From assembly GCA_003559395.1 (NCBI GenBank), contig PWLL01000051.1, forward strand, positions 1 through 32,000: a stretch of DNA of 32,000 bases, given 5' to 3'. The translations under genes were made by a program, and so were the position numbers. Below, one piece after another: positions 16,366 to 24,596 of this stretch. The notes beneath the pieces were generated by a model. The model was not told where the DNA came from. It did no database searches and worked only from the letters and a program-made list of their open reading frames with translations. The number at the start of each line of letters is the position of its first letter. The stretch's first letter is position 1. The DNA comes from Candidatus Iainarchaeum sp. GTDB taxonomy: Archaea; Iainarchaeota; Iainarchaeia; Iainarchaeales; CSSED10-239.

Positions 16366-16447
16366 GCTGGAGTTCCCGAGCGGTCAAAGGGGCCAGACTC
16401 AAGATCTGGTGCTTAGTGCTTCACAGGTTCGAATCCTGTCTCCAGCA
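16366..16447 (+). tRNA. tRNA-Leu (anticodon CAA)
   Basis: Acceptor GCUGGAG/CUCCAGC, anticodon stem CCAGA/UCUGG with loop CUCAAGA, long variable arm, T arm ACAGG-UUCGAAU-CCUGU. The TATA-like aacataatatatatataat lies about 23 nt upstream. Confidence 0.93.
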
Positions 16448-16472
16448 TTTATAAAAAAAAGAGATTAAATTA

Positions 16473-17030
16473 ATGAAAAACAAATTTAAGAAAAAAACCT
16501 TTATTTTTTGGTTATTGTTAGTAATTGTTGTAGGTCTACTATTTTTAATAAAAAGAGATTTGTTTAATCTTGGTTTTTTAAATGTTTTTCTTGCAGAGTA
16601 TAAACTTCTTGCAGTTATTATATATATTTTTATACTTGCATTAACTGGACTTTTTTTAACACCATCTACTCCTTTTACAATAGCTTCTCTTTTATTTTTT
16701 TCTCCCTTTGAAGCTTTTGTTTATAATCTTATAGGAATTGTTTTTTCTTTAACCATTGCATATTATTTTTTACAATTTCTTGGATTTGATAAATTTTTAA
16801 AAAACAAATATCCAAAAAAGATACCATATATAAAAGAAAGACTTAAAAAAAAAGAATTTCCAATAATTGTTGTTTGGAGTTTTACTCCTTTTTTTCCTAC
16901 AGATCTTATAATTTATGCATCTAGTTCTTTAAGAATTTCTTATATTAAATGTTTGTTTGGTGTGTTGATTGGCGAAGGTGCCTTAAATGCAATTTATCTT
17001 TTCTCTTTAGGTGCTTTGTTTGTGCTTTGA
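16473..17030 (+). CDS. DedA/TVP38 (SNARE-associated, VTT-domain)-like membrane protein
   Basis: 185 aa with about 5 TM segments. General resemblance to the TVP38/TMEM64 layout (LTGLFLTPSTPFTIASLLFFSPFEAFVYNLIGIVFS...). The family assignment is tentative. Confidence 0.45.
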   Translation: MKNKFKKKTFIFWLLLVIVVGLLFLIKRDLFNLGFLNVFLAEYKLLAVIIYIFILALTGLFLTPSTPFTIASLLFFSPFEAFVYNLIGIVFSLTIAYYFLQFLGFDKFLKNKYPKKIPYIKERLKKKEFPIIVVWSFTPFFPTDLIIYASSSLRISYIKCLFGVLIGEGALNAIYLFSLGALFVL

Positions 17031-17037
17031 TTTTGTT

Positions 17038-17097
17038 TAGTTTCTTTTTTTTGTAACCTTTAAAAAACATGACAAAAAGAGTTTCTTTTTTTTGTAA
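17038..17097 (+). promoter_or_regulatory. Two perfect 19-nt direct repeats (agtttcttttttttgtaac) upstream of the regulator gene
   Basis: Copies at 17038-17056 and 17079-17097, start-to-start spacing 41 nt. They lie between the stop of 16473..17030 and the start at 17118. Confidence 0.5.
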
Positions 17098-17117
17098 CTC
17101 TAGATTTCACAAAAAAT

Positions 17118-17612
17118 ATGTTTAAAAACATTTTGTTTGTTATATATTTTATTATGGATAAAAAATTAGTGCTATTGATATCTTTTATTTCATTTGTTTG
17201 TTTGATGATTTTATTTAATTTGTTAATATATGACCAATTATCAGGAAATGCTTGTACATGTCCAAAAGTTGTTTCTCAAAACATGGTCCTTTTTTTTATA
17301 ACTTTATCAATAATTTTTACTGCTTCTTTATTTTATTATCTTTATTCTATATCATTAAGTAAAAAAGAAAAAATAATAGTTCATAATCAAAAAACAATTT
17401 TCTCTGTATTAAATGAAGATGAAAAAAAAATATTAAAAGAAATAATAAAAAATAACAACGTAATAGAACAAAAAAAACTATCCAAAAAATTTGGCAAAAT
17501 AAAAACACACAGAATTATTAAAAAACTCAAAGAAAAAAACATCGTTGTTATAGAAAAAAAAGGACAGGAAAATATTATTAAACTAATAGAAGGATTTAAG
17601 GTGAAAATATGA
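17118..17612 (+). CDS. Membrane-anchored winged-helix (MarR/ArsR-like) putative transcriptional regulator
   Basis: Two N-terminal TM segments flank a short loop with a CxC motif (GNACTCPK, tgt aca tgt at 17253-17261). C-terminal wHTH-like segment EDEKKILKEIIKNNNVIEQKKLSKKFGKIKTHRIIKKLKEKNIVVIEKKGQENIIKL. Confidence 0.55.
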   Translation: MFKNILFVIYFIMDKKLVLLISFISFVCLMILFNLLIYDQLSGNACTCPKVVSQNMVLFFITLSIIFTASLFYYLYSISLSKKEKIIVHNQKTIFSVLNEDEKKILKEIIKNNNVIEQKKLSKKFGKIKTHRIIKKLKEKNIVVIEKKGQENIIKLIEGFKVKI

Positions 17613-18790
17613 ATAAAAAATATCTAATAGTTTTAGTTTTGTGTTTTTTATCTTTATTTATGTTAAGTAACATAACAAACATAAATGCACAAACAACCAT
17701 AGACCAATCAAAAGAACAAGTAGAAATAAATTATTTTTATTCGCCTGGTTGTTCAGCATGTGCTCAAATGGAACTTTTTCTTGATAATTTAAAAGAAAAA
17801 TATGACGATGTAATTTTGAATAAATATAATCTGCAAAGAGAAAGAAAATTATTTGAAGATTTAATAAAAGAATATAAGGTTCCAGAAGATAGAGTGGGTT
17901 ATATACCAACAGTATTTATAGAAGAAGATTATTTTGTAGGATATGAAAGACAAATAACTAATTATATAGAATATATTGTTGCAACAAAATTAGGAATAGA
18001 TTTTGATCCAGAAGGACCTCAAAAACCAGAAGATTTTGAAGAACTAGAAAAAACAAGAGTACAAACAAGTATCTTAGGGATTTGGGACGTAGATGTTGGA
18101 TTTGAAGATAAATCAATCTTTTTTGCAACTATTATCTTAGGATTTTTAGATAGTCTGAATGTTTGTTCAATAACTGTTTTATTATTTTTAATAATATATA
18201 TGTTGTCGATAGGTTCCTTTAAAAAAACACTTAAAATAGGACTTGTCTTTGTTGCAGTCATCTATATTTTTTACTTTTTAGCTGTTCTTATGCTAACTTC
18301 ATTATTAAGTATTTTTGTTTTAAGATATGGATTAATGATTAGAATAATATTATCCATAATTGCAGGACTTGTAGGATTGATACTAATTAAAGACTTTTTC
18401 TTTTATGGAAAAGGAATATCACTAGAGATACCAAAGTTTGCAAAACCAATTTTAGAAAAATATCTTAAAAAAGCAACAATTGTTTCTACAATAATGTTTG
18501 CACTATTAGCATCTTTAGTAGAACTGCCCTGTACAGCAATATTTCCTTTAATTTTTTCAACTATACTTGCAGAATCAGGAATTGTTGGAGTTTCAAGATT
18601 ATTGTGGATTGCTCTATATAACCTAGTGTATGTTATACCATTACTTGTAATTATTTTTGGAGTTTATTTTTCATGGTTAAAAATAGAACACCTAAACAAA
18701 AATATAAACAAATACAAAAAATGGATGAAATTAATTGCAGGAGCAATGCTTATATTAATTGCATTATATTTTATAATACCTATTATATAA
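17609..18790 (+). CDS. Secreted glutaredoxin/thioredoxin-like domain fused to a CcdA/DsbD-like 6-TM thiol-disulfide transporter
   Basis: ATGA overlap with the regulator gene. Signal peptide, then YFYSPGCSACAQ...IPTVFIEEDYFVGY (CxxC Grx-like fold). Six TM segments follow, with one Cys each in TM1 (GFLDSLNVCSITVL) and TM4 (LVELPCTAIFPL), as in CcdA. Confidence 0.7.
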   Translation: MNKKYLIVLVLCFLSLFMLSNITNINAQTTIDQSKEQVEINYFYSPGCSACAQMELFLDNLKEKYDDVILNKYNLQRERKLFEDLIKEYKVPEDRVGYIPTVFIEEDYFVGYERQITNYIEYIVATKLGIDFDPEGPQKPEDFEELEKTRVQTSILGIWDVDVGFEDKSIFFATIILGFLDSLNVCSITVLLFLIIYMLSIGSFKKTLKIGLVFVAVIYIFYFLAVLMLTSLLSIFVLRYGLMIRIILSIIAGLVGLILIKDFFFYGKGISLEIPKFAKPILEKYLKKATIVSTIMFALLASLVELPCTAIFPLIFSTILAESGIVGVSRLLWIALYNLVYVIPLLVIIFGVYFSWLKIEHLNKNINKYKKWMKLIAGAMLILIALYFIIPII

Positions 18791-18812
18791 TGTATTATTT
18801 AAGGTGTGACCT

Positions 18813-19544
18813 ATGGGACTAATAAAATCAATAAAAAATCTTGGAAAAAATACTCTGTATTATCCAGGATGTTTAACAAAGTTTGTTTTAAAAGACATTA
18901 ACGATAACTATAAAAAAATACTAACAAAGATAGATATAGAATACATTACACTTAAAGACCTAGAAGTCTGTTGCGGAAGTCCAATACTAAACTGTGGACA
19001 CGAAGAAGAAGCAATTGAACTTATTAAAAAAAACTATAAGATTTTTAAAGAACACAGTGTAAATAAAATTATCACCTCTTGTCCAGCATGCTATCATACT
19101 TTCAAAAATACATATCCTAAATTTTTAGAAAAATGGGATCTACAAGTAGAACATATTACTCAAACTATCGATAAAGCAATAAAAGAAAAAAAAATAAATA
19201 TAGAATCACTAGACATAGATCTTACATATCATGACCCATGTCATCTAGGAAGATACTGTGAAATATATCAGGAACCTAGAAATATTCTTAAAAAAATAGG
19301 AAATATAAAAGAAATGAAACTTACAGAAAACTATTCTTTTTGTTGTGGAGGAGGATCAGGAGTAAAATCAAACTATACACCACTTGCAAACTCAATAGCC
19401 AAAGAAAGAATAGAAATGGCAAAAGAAACAAAAGCAAAATGTTTAACAACAACCTGCCCTATGTGCTATCTAAACTTAAAAGAAAACTCAAAAGATCTAA
19501 AAGTAAAAGAAATAAGTCAACTTATAATAGGTGAAGAAGAATGA
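18813..19544 (+). CDS. lutA: LutA/LldE/YkgE-like Fe-S oxidoreductase with two CCG cysteine-rich domains
   Basis: YYPGC...EVCCGSPI...SCPACYHTF and HDPCHLGR...SFCCGGGSG...TTCPMCYLNL form two CCG-type motif sets. The 243-aa length matches YkgE/LutA. Confidence 0.75.
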   Translation: MGLIKSIKNLGKNTLYYPGCLTKFVLKDINDNYKKILTKIDIEYITLKDLEVCCGSPILNCGHEEEAIELIKKNYKIFKEHSVNKIITSCPACYHTFKNTYPKFLEKWDLQVEHITQTIDKAIKEKKINIESLDIDLTYHDPCHLGRYCEIYQEPRNILKKIGNIKEMKLTENYSFCCGGGSGVKSNYTPLANSIAKERIEMAKETKAKCLTTTCPMCYLNLKENSKDLKVKEISQLIIGEEE

Positions 19545-20806
19545 ACTTAGAAAAAGATATTGAAAAATGTCAAATAACTCAAAAATTGATTTTGCCTATA
19601 ATGTACGACTATAAAAGAAAAAGAGATCTACTTATAGATGAAAATCAAAAAGAACAAATGAGAACTGAATTGCGAAAAATAAAAGAAAAAGCAATTGATA
19701 ATATAGAAGAACTTAAAAAAAAAGCAATAAAAAACTTAGAAGAAAACGGAATAAACGTTATTGAAGTAAAAGATAAACAAGAATTTGAAAATGCAATTAA
19801 AAAAATAATTGGTTCTGAAAAATTAATTACTAAATCAAAATCAAATGTTATAAAAGAAATAGAAATAGAAAAAATGTTAAAAGATAAAGAAATATTAGAA
19901 ACAGACCTTGGAGATTTTATTGTTCAAATAAGTGATGAAAAAAGTTTGCATCCTGTGACTCCAGGAATGCATCTTACACCAGAAAACATTGTAAAAACTA
20001 TTAAAGAAAAATTTGATAAAGAAGTTCAACCAACACCAGAAGCAATCGCAGCCTTTGCAAGACAATTTTTAAGAGATAAAATATATAAAGCCAAAGTTGG
20101 GTTGACAGGCGCAAACGTCATTTCTGCTGATGGAAGTATTTTTATTTTAGAAAATGAAGGTAATATTTCTTTAATATCTAGAATCGTTGATAAACATATA
20201 GTAGTAACCGGATGGGATAAAATAGTAGAAAATAGAGAAGAAGCACAAAAAATTGTTCAAGCGTCAAGCATCTTTGCCTCTGGTCAAAATTATCCTGTAT
20301 ATGTTAGTATAATTTCAGGACCAAGTAAAACAGCAGATATTCAAAAAAAACTAATCATTGGTGCTCAAGGAGCAAAAGAAGTTCATTTAATATTATTAGA
20401 TAATAAAAGAAGTGATTTACTAAAAACGGAATTTGAAGAACTATTATATTGTATTAACTGCGGAGCTTGTGTAAATCTTTGTCCTGTATATCATCAAATA
20501 TTTACCAAATATGGAAGTAAAGACTTTTCAGGACCAAAAGGAGTCATCACATCTTCATTTAGAGAAGATAAACAAAATGCCTATGAAAATGGAGCTTTCT
20601 TTTGTACATCCTGTAAACTATGTAAAGAAAACTGTCCTGTAAAAATAGATCTATCAGAACTTATAAAAAAACTAAGAAAAAAACTAGCAAAAGAAAAAAT
20701 AGAACCAGAAAATATTAAAGAAATGATAGAAAACACAAAAAAATATGGAAATCCTTTTGGAGAAATTGATGAGAAAAAAACACCTGATAAATTTTATTGT
20801 TGTTAA
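19541..20806 (+). CDS. lutB: LutB/LldF/YkgF-like iron-sulfur protein (LUD domain plus two 4Fe-4S motifs)
   Basis: ATGA overlap with the lutA-like gene. KSKSNVIKEI...ETDLGDFIVQI...HPVTPGMH...GLTGANVISADGSIFILENEGN parallels Bacillus LutB. Also CINCGACVNLCPV and CTSCKLCKENCPV. Confidence 0.75.
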   Translation: MNLEKDIEKCQITQKLILPIMYDYKRKRDLLIDENQKEQMRTELRKIKEKAIDNIEELKKKAIKNLEENGINVIEVKDKQEFENAIKKIIGSEKLITKSKSNVIKEIEIEKMLKDKEILETDLGDFIVQISDEKSLHPVTPGMHLTPENIVKTIKEKFDKEVQPTPEAIAAFARQFLRDKIYKAKVGLTGANVISADGSIFILENEGNISLISRIVDKHIVVTGWDKIVENREEAQKIVQASSIFASGQNYPVYVSIISGPSKTADIQKKLIIGAQGAKEVHLILLDNKRSDLLKTEFEELLYCINCGACVNLCPVYHQIFTKYGSKDFSGPKGVITSSFREDKQNAYENGAFFCTSCKLCKENCPVKIDLSELIKKLRKKLAKEKIEPENIKEMIENTKKYGNPFGEIDEKKTPDKFYCC

Positions 20807-22707
20807 TTTCTTTTTTCTTCTATTTCTTTTTTAAGATCCTCTATAAAACCTAGTAACTTTTTTTCTCCTAATATTTTATTATCTCTTGTTCTTATGTTTA
20901 TTGTGTTGTTTTCTTGTTCCTTATTACCAACAACTAAAATATAGTTTATTTTTCTTAACTCTGCATTTCTTATTTTTTTGTTCATTGTTTGTTGTTTAGG
21001 ATCTATATCTGTTCTTATTCCTTTTTCCTTTAAAGAAGAACAAACTTTGTTTGCATAATCAATATGTCTATCAGCAATAGGAAGAACAATAACCTGAACA
21101 GGAGCTAACCATAAAGGAAACTTTCCAGCAAAATGTTCAATCAAAACACCCATGAATCTTTCAACACTTCCTAAGATTGCACGATGTATCATAACTGGTC
21201 TTTTTTTTTCATTATTTGGCCCTTCATAAGTTAAATCAAATTTTTCAGGCATTTGAAAATCTAATTGTATAGTTCCGCACTGCCATGTTCTTTTAATAGC
21301 ATCAGTCATATGAACATCTATCTTAGGACCATAAAACGCTCCGTCTCCTTCATTTATTTTATATTCTTTTTTAGTTTTATCAAGAACATTTTTTAGTTTT
21401 TTCTCAGCTAAATCCCAAAGTTGGTTATCACCCATTGCGTTTGCAGGTTTTGTAGATAACTCCATATGGTATTTAAAACCAAAAGTAGAATATATTTCAT
21501 CAACAAAATCAATAAGTTTTTCAATCTCTTCTTCAATTTGTTCTTCAGTACAAAAAACATGCGCATCATCTTGTGTCATAAATCTAACTCTAAACAAACC
21601 AGATAAAACACCAGAAAGCTCATGTCTATGAACTAATCCAAACTCTCCTGCTTTTATTGGAAGATCTTTATAAGAATATTGATGTGCTTTATAGATTAAA
21701 AGATTTCCAGGACAATTCATTGGTTTTACAGCCTGTATACAATCGTCAATCTTTGTAAAATACATGTTGTCTTTATAATGATTCCAGTGACCAGACTGAT
21801 GCCAAAGTTTTTCATGTAAAATCAGAGGAGTCATATTTATTTCATAACCCTCTCTTATCATTATTTTTCTTACAAAACTAACTAACTCATTAAAAATAAT
21901 CGTACCATTATTATGGAAAAAAGGCATACCTGGCGCTTCTTCATGAAAACTAAATAAATCAAGTTCTTTGCCAATTTTTCTATGATCTCTTTTTTTTGCT
22001 TCCTCTATCTTAAAAACAAAATCTTGAAGATCTTGTTTGCTTGGAAAAGACACACCGTAAATTCTTTGTAATTGTTTGTTTTTAGAATCACCCTTCCAAT
22101 AAGCACCAGAAGCACGCAATAACTTTACTGATTTTATCTTACCTGTGTCTTTTACATGTGGCCCTCTACAAATATCCTGCAGCTCACCTAACTTGTAGAT
22201 TGTAACTTGTTTTTCTTCAATATCTTCAAGAAGTTCAAGTTTGTATGGTTCCTCTTTAAACATTTCTTTTGCTTTATCATAATCAACAACTAATTTTTCA
22301 AAAACAAGTTTCTCTTTAATAATTTTTTTAATCTCTTTTTCTATTTTTAATAAATCTTCTTCAGTAAAAGGATCTTTATCAAAATCATAATAAAACCCAC
22401 TATCAATAGCAGGACCAAAACCAATCTTAACTATAGGAAACAATCTTTTTACAGCTAAAGCTAAGATGTGAGAAGAGCTATGCCAATAAACTTCTTTTCC
22501 TTTATCGTGATTAAAAGAAATGACCTCTATTGTTGAATCTTTATCAACAGTTGTTTTAATATCAGAAAGAATATTATTTATTTTTACAACAACAGCATCT
22601 TTTAGTAAACTGTTATCTACTTCATTTATAATATCTTGTGCAGATAAGTTTTCTTTAACACTTATTTTTTTTTCTTCTTTGTTGTTTATTATTTTTATGT
22701 TTATCAT
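20803..22707 (-). CDS. thrS: Threonyl-tRNA synthetase, bacterial/eukaryal-type architecture (TGS + SAD editing + class II core + anticodon-binding domain)
   Basis: N-terminal TGS domain. Editing-domain motifs HSSSHILA and CRGPHV. Class II motifs FRVRFMTQDDAHVF and GAFYGPKID. 634 aa. Confidence 0.93.
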   Translation of the reverse strand: MINIKIINNKEEKKISVKENLSAQDIINEVDNSLLKDAVVVKINNILSDIKTTVDKDSTIEVISFNHDKGKEVYWHSSSHILALAVKRLFPIVKIGFGPAIDSGFYYDFDKDPFTEEDLLKIEKEIKKIIKEKLVFEKLVVDYDKAKEMFKEEPYKLELLEDIEEKQVTIYKLGELQDICRGPHVKDTGKIKSVKLLRASGAYWKGDSKNKQLQRIYGVSFPSKQDLQDFVFKIEEAKKRDHRKIGKELDLFSFHEEAPGMPFFHNNGTIIFNELVSFVRKIMIREGYEINMTPLILHEKLWHQSGHWNHYKDNMYFTKIDDCIQAVKPMNCPGNLLIYKAHQYSYKDLPIKAGEFGLVHRHELSGVLSGLFRVRFMTQDDAHVFCTEEQIEEEIEKLIDFVDEIYSTFGFKYHMELSTKPANAMGDNQLWDLAEKKLKNVLDKTKKEYKINEGDGAFYGPKIDVHMTDAIKRTWQCGTIQLDFQMPEKFDLTYEGPNNEKKRPVMIHRAILGSVERFMGVLIEHFAGKFPLWLAPVQVIVLPIADRHIDYANKVCSSLKEKGIRTDIDPKQQTMNKKIRNAELRKINYILVVGNKEQENNTINIRTRDNKILGEKKLLGFIEDLKKEIEEKRN

Positions 22708-23000
22708 ATATTATCACAAATATTTATATTATATAAATAATAGAGTAGTAATGTTTTTTTATTATATGTTTTTTTGTAAAATGCCTGTTTTGTTAAAAAT
22801 GTGATTATTTTTGTTTTTAAAAAGTCTTTTTTTTGTTTTTGTGTATTTTTTGCCTCTTTTTTTTAAAAATAAAGGTTTTAAACGCTTTTTTTTGTTTTTA
22901 GTTCGTTATTTACTCTTTATTTTTGTTTTTTAAAATAATTTTTATAAATACGTCACGTATTTTTATTTTTTTAAAAAGAAAAAGTAAACTCTAAAAAAAT

Positions 23001-23267
23001 GTGAACACCAAAGCTTCGAAAAACAGGGTTGCTGACTATCAACCTCCGCATAATCTCGAACCCGCACTCCAAAAAGCAACAACCGGCTAACATACTGCTG
23101 CTCCTTTCCAGGCCTGGCAGGGTTAGATAGCGCGATCGTTCTCCTTGGACGAGTCGTCAGCAACTATGCAGAGAATAATCAAACATCTTATTTTCCTCAG
23201 CTTTAGTATAACTCCAGCATATGCGGATTTCTGGTACAGGAGACCGCAAACTTCCCAGTCTGTTCAC
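23001..23267 (-). ncRNA. Signal recognition particle RNA (7S/SRP RNA), large Alu-containing type
   Basis: The minus strand carries the helix-8 signature CCAGGCCUGGAAAGGAGCAGCAG (GGAA tetraloop plus AGCAGC; compare E. coli CAGGUCCGGAAGGAAGCAGCC). Terminal pairing is GUGAACA (5') with UGUUCAC (3'). It is a GC-rich island. A U-run (AUUUUUUU) follows the 3' end, and a TATA-like tttttaaacatat lies about 25-30 nt upstream. Confidence 0.75.
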
Positions 23268-23424
23268 AATATAATTAATAAACGATATGTTTAAAAACCC
23301 TTTCGTAGATAATATTTAAAGAGAAAAAAATGTATTTTTTGAGTTATTATTTAAAATAAGCGTTTTTTAGGCTTCTTTTTATATAAACGCAGAAAAATAC
23401 TTAAAAAAATTGAGGTGGTTTAAT

Positions 23425-24522
23425 TTGAAATCTATAGTACAAAAAGCAATTCATACTGAAAAAACATCCTCTTCTTTAGACTATGATACAAAAGAAGAAG
23501 GAGAATTTGCGGTACCAAAAATAATGGTAATAGGAATTGGTGGTGCAGGAAACAACTCTGTAAACAGAATCTGTGCAATGGGAGCTGCAGGAGCAGAACT
23601 AGTTGCAATAAATACTGATAGACAACACTTAGGGATAATTTCAGACGATATAACAAAACTATTAATAGGAAAATCAGTAACTAATGGTTTAGGAGCTGGA
23701 GCATATCCAGAAATAGGAGCAAAAGCAGCAGAAGTATCTAAAGCAGCTTTAGAAGAAGTTTTAGATGGAGTAGACATGTTATTTATTACTGCTGGAATGG
23801 GTGGCGGAACAGGAACAGGAGCCTCACCAGTAATTGCACAAATAGCTAAACAACAAGGAGCAATCGTTGTTGCAATTGTTACATATCCTTTTGCTTTAGA
23901 AAGAGCAAGATTAATAAAAGCAGAAGAAGGAATTGATTTATTAAAAGATATTTGTGATACTGTTGTTGTTTTAGATAATAACAGACTAGTAGAATTAGTT
24001 CCAAACCTACCAATGCAAGACGCATTTAGAGTAGCTGACGAAGTAATTGCAAGAACTGTAAGAGGAATTACAGAAACAATTACAATTCCAAGTTTAATTA
24101 ATCTAGACTATGCAGATATTAGAACAGTCATGGGTGGAAAAGGACTAAGTGTTATTGCTGTTGGAGAATCTCAATCAGTAAACAAAATAGAAGAAGTTGT
24201 AGATGACACTTTGAAAAACGCATTACTTGATGTTGATATAACAGGAGCAACAGGATGTTTAGTACACATAACAGGTGGAACAGAACTTACTTTAGGAGAA
24301 GCAAACGCTGTTGGTGAAATGTTAACAGAACAAGTAGATTCTAACGCAGCAGTTATTTGGGCTGCAAGAATTGATCCTACCTTTGAAAACAAAATAGAAG
24401 TAATTGCTATTTTTACAGGAGTAAAATCTCCATTTATCAAAGGAAGTAAAAAGTTTACAGGTGGAAACAACCAAACCTTTTCTAAACAATATGATGACGA
24501 CTTTGGTTTAGATGTATTATAG
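23425..24522 (+). CDS. ftsZ: Cell division GTPase FtsZ
   Basis: GIGGAGNN, the tubulin signature GMGGGTGTGASPVIA, and NLDYADIRTVM. The ORF opens at TTG 23410, but a GAGGTGG Shine-Dalgarno (23412-23418) 6 nt before the in-frame TTG at 23425 favours that start. Confidence 0.93.
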   Translation: MKSIVQKAIHTEKTSSSLDYDTKEEGEFAVPKIMVIGIGGAGNNSVNRICAMGAAGAELVAINTDRQHLGIISDDITKLLIGKSVTNGLGAGAYPEIGAKAAEVSKAALEEVLDGVDMLFITAGMGGGTGTGASPVIAQIAKQQGAIVVAIVTYPFALERARLIKAEEGIDLLKDICDTVVVLDNNRLVELVPNLPMQDAFRVADEVIARTVRGITETITIPSLINLDYADIRTVMGGKGLSVIAVGESQSVNKIEEVVDDTLKNALLDVDITGATGCLVHITGGTELTLGEANAVGEMLTEQVDSNAAVIWAARIDPTFENKIEVIAIFTGVKSPFIKGSKKFTGGNNQTFSKQYDDDFGLDVL

Positions 24523-24596
24523 ATAAGAAGAAGAGTTTATGAAAATAAACCACCTTCTTTTTTTCTCTTTTTTTTTAAAATTATTCGTGAAAGATA

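Noticed and set aside
22810-22960. Repeated cttttttttgttttt words (about 22826 and about 22884) between thrS and the SRP RNA
   Set aside because: This is low-complexity T-rich spacer, consistent with promoter or terminator DNA and not a structured repeat.
22963-23163. 66-aa minus-strand ORF
   Set aside because: It overlaps the SRP RNA. The open frame results from the GC-rich RNA gene.
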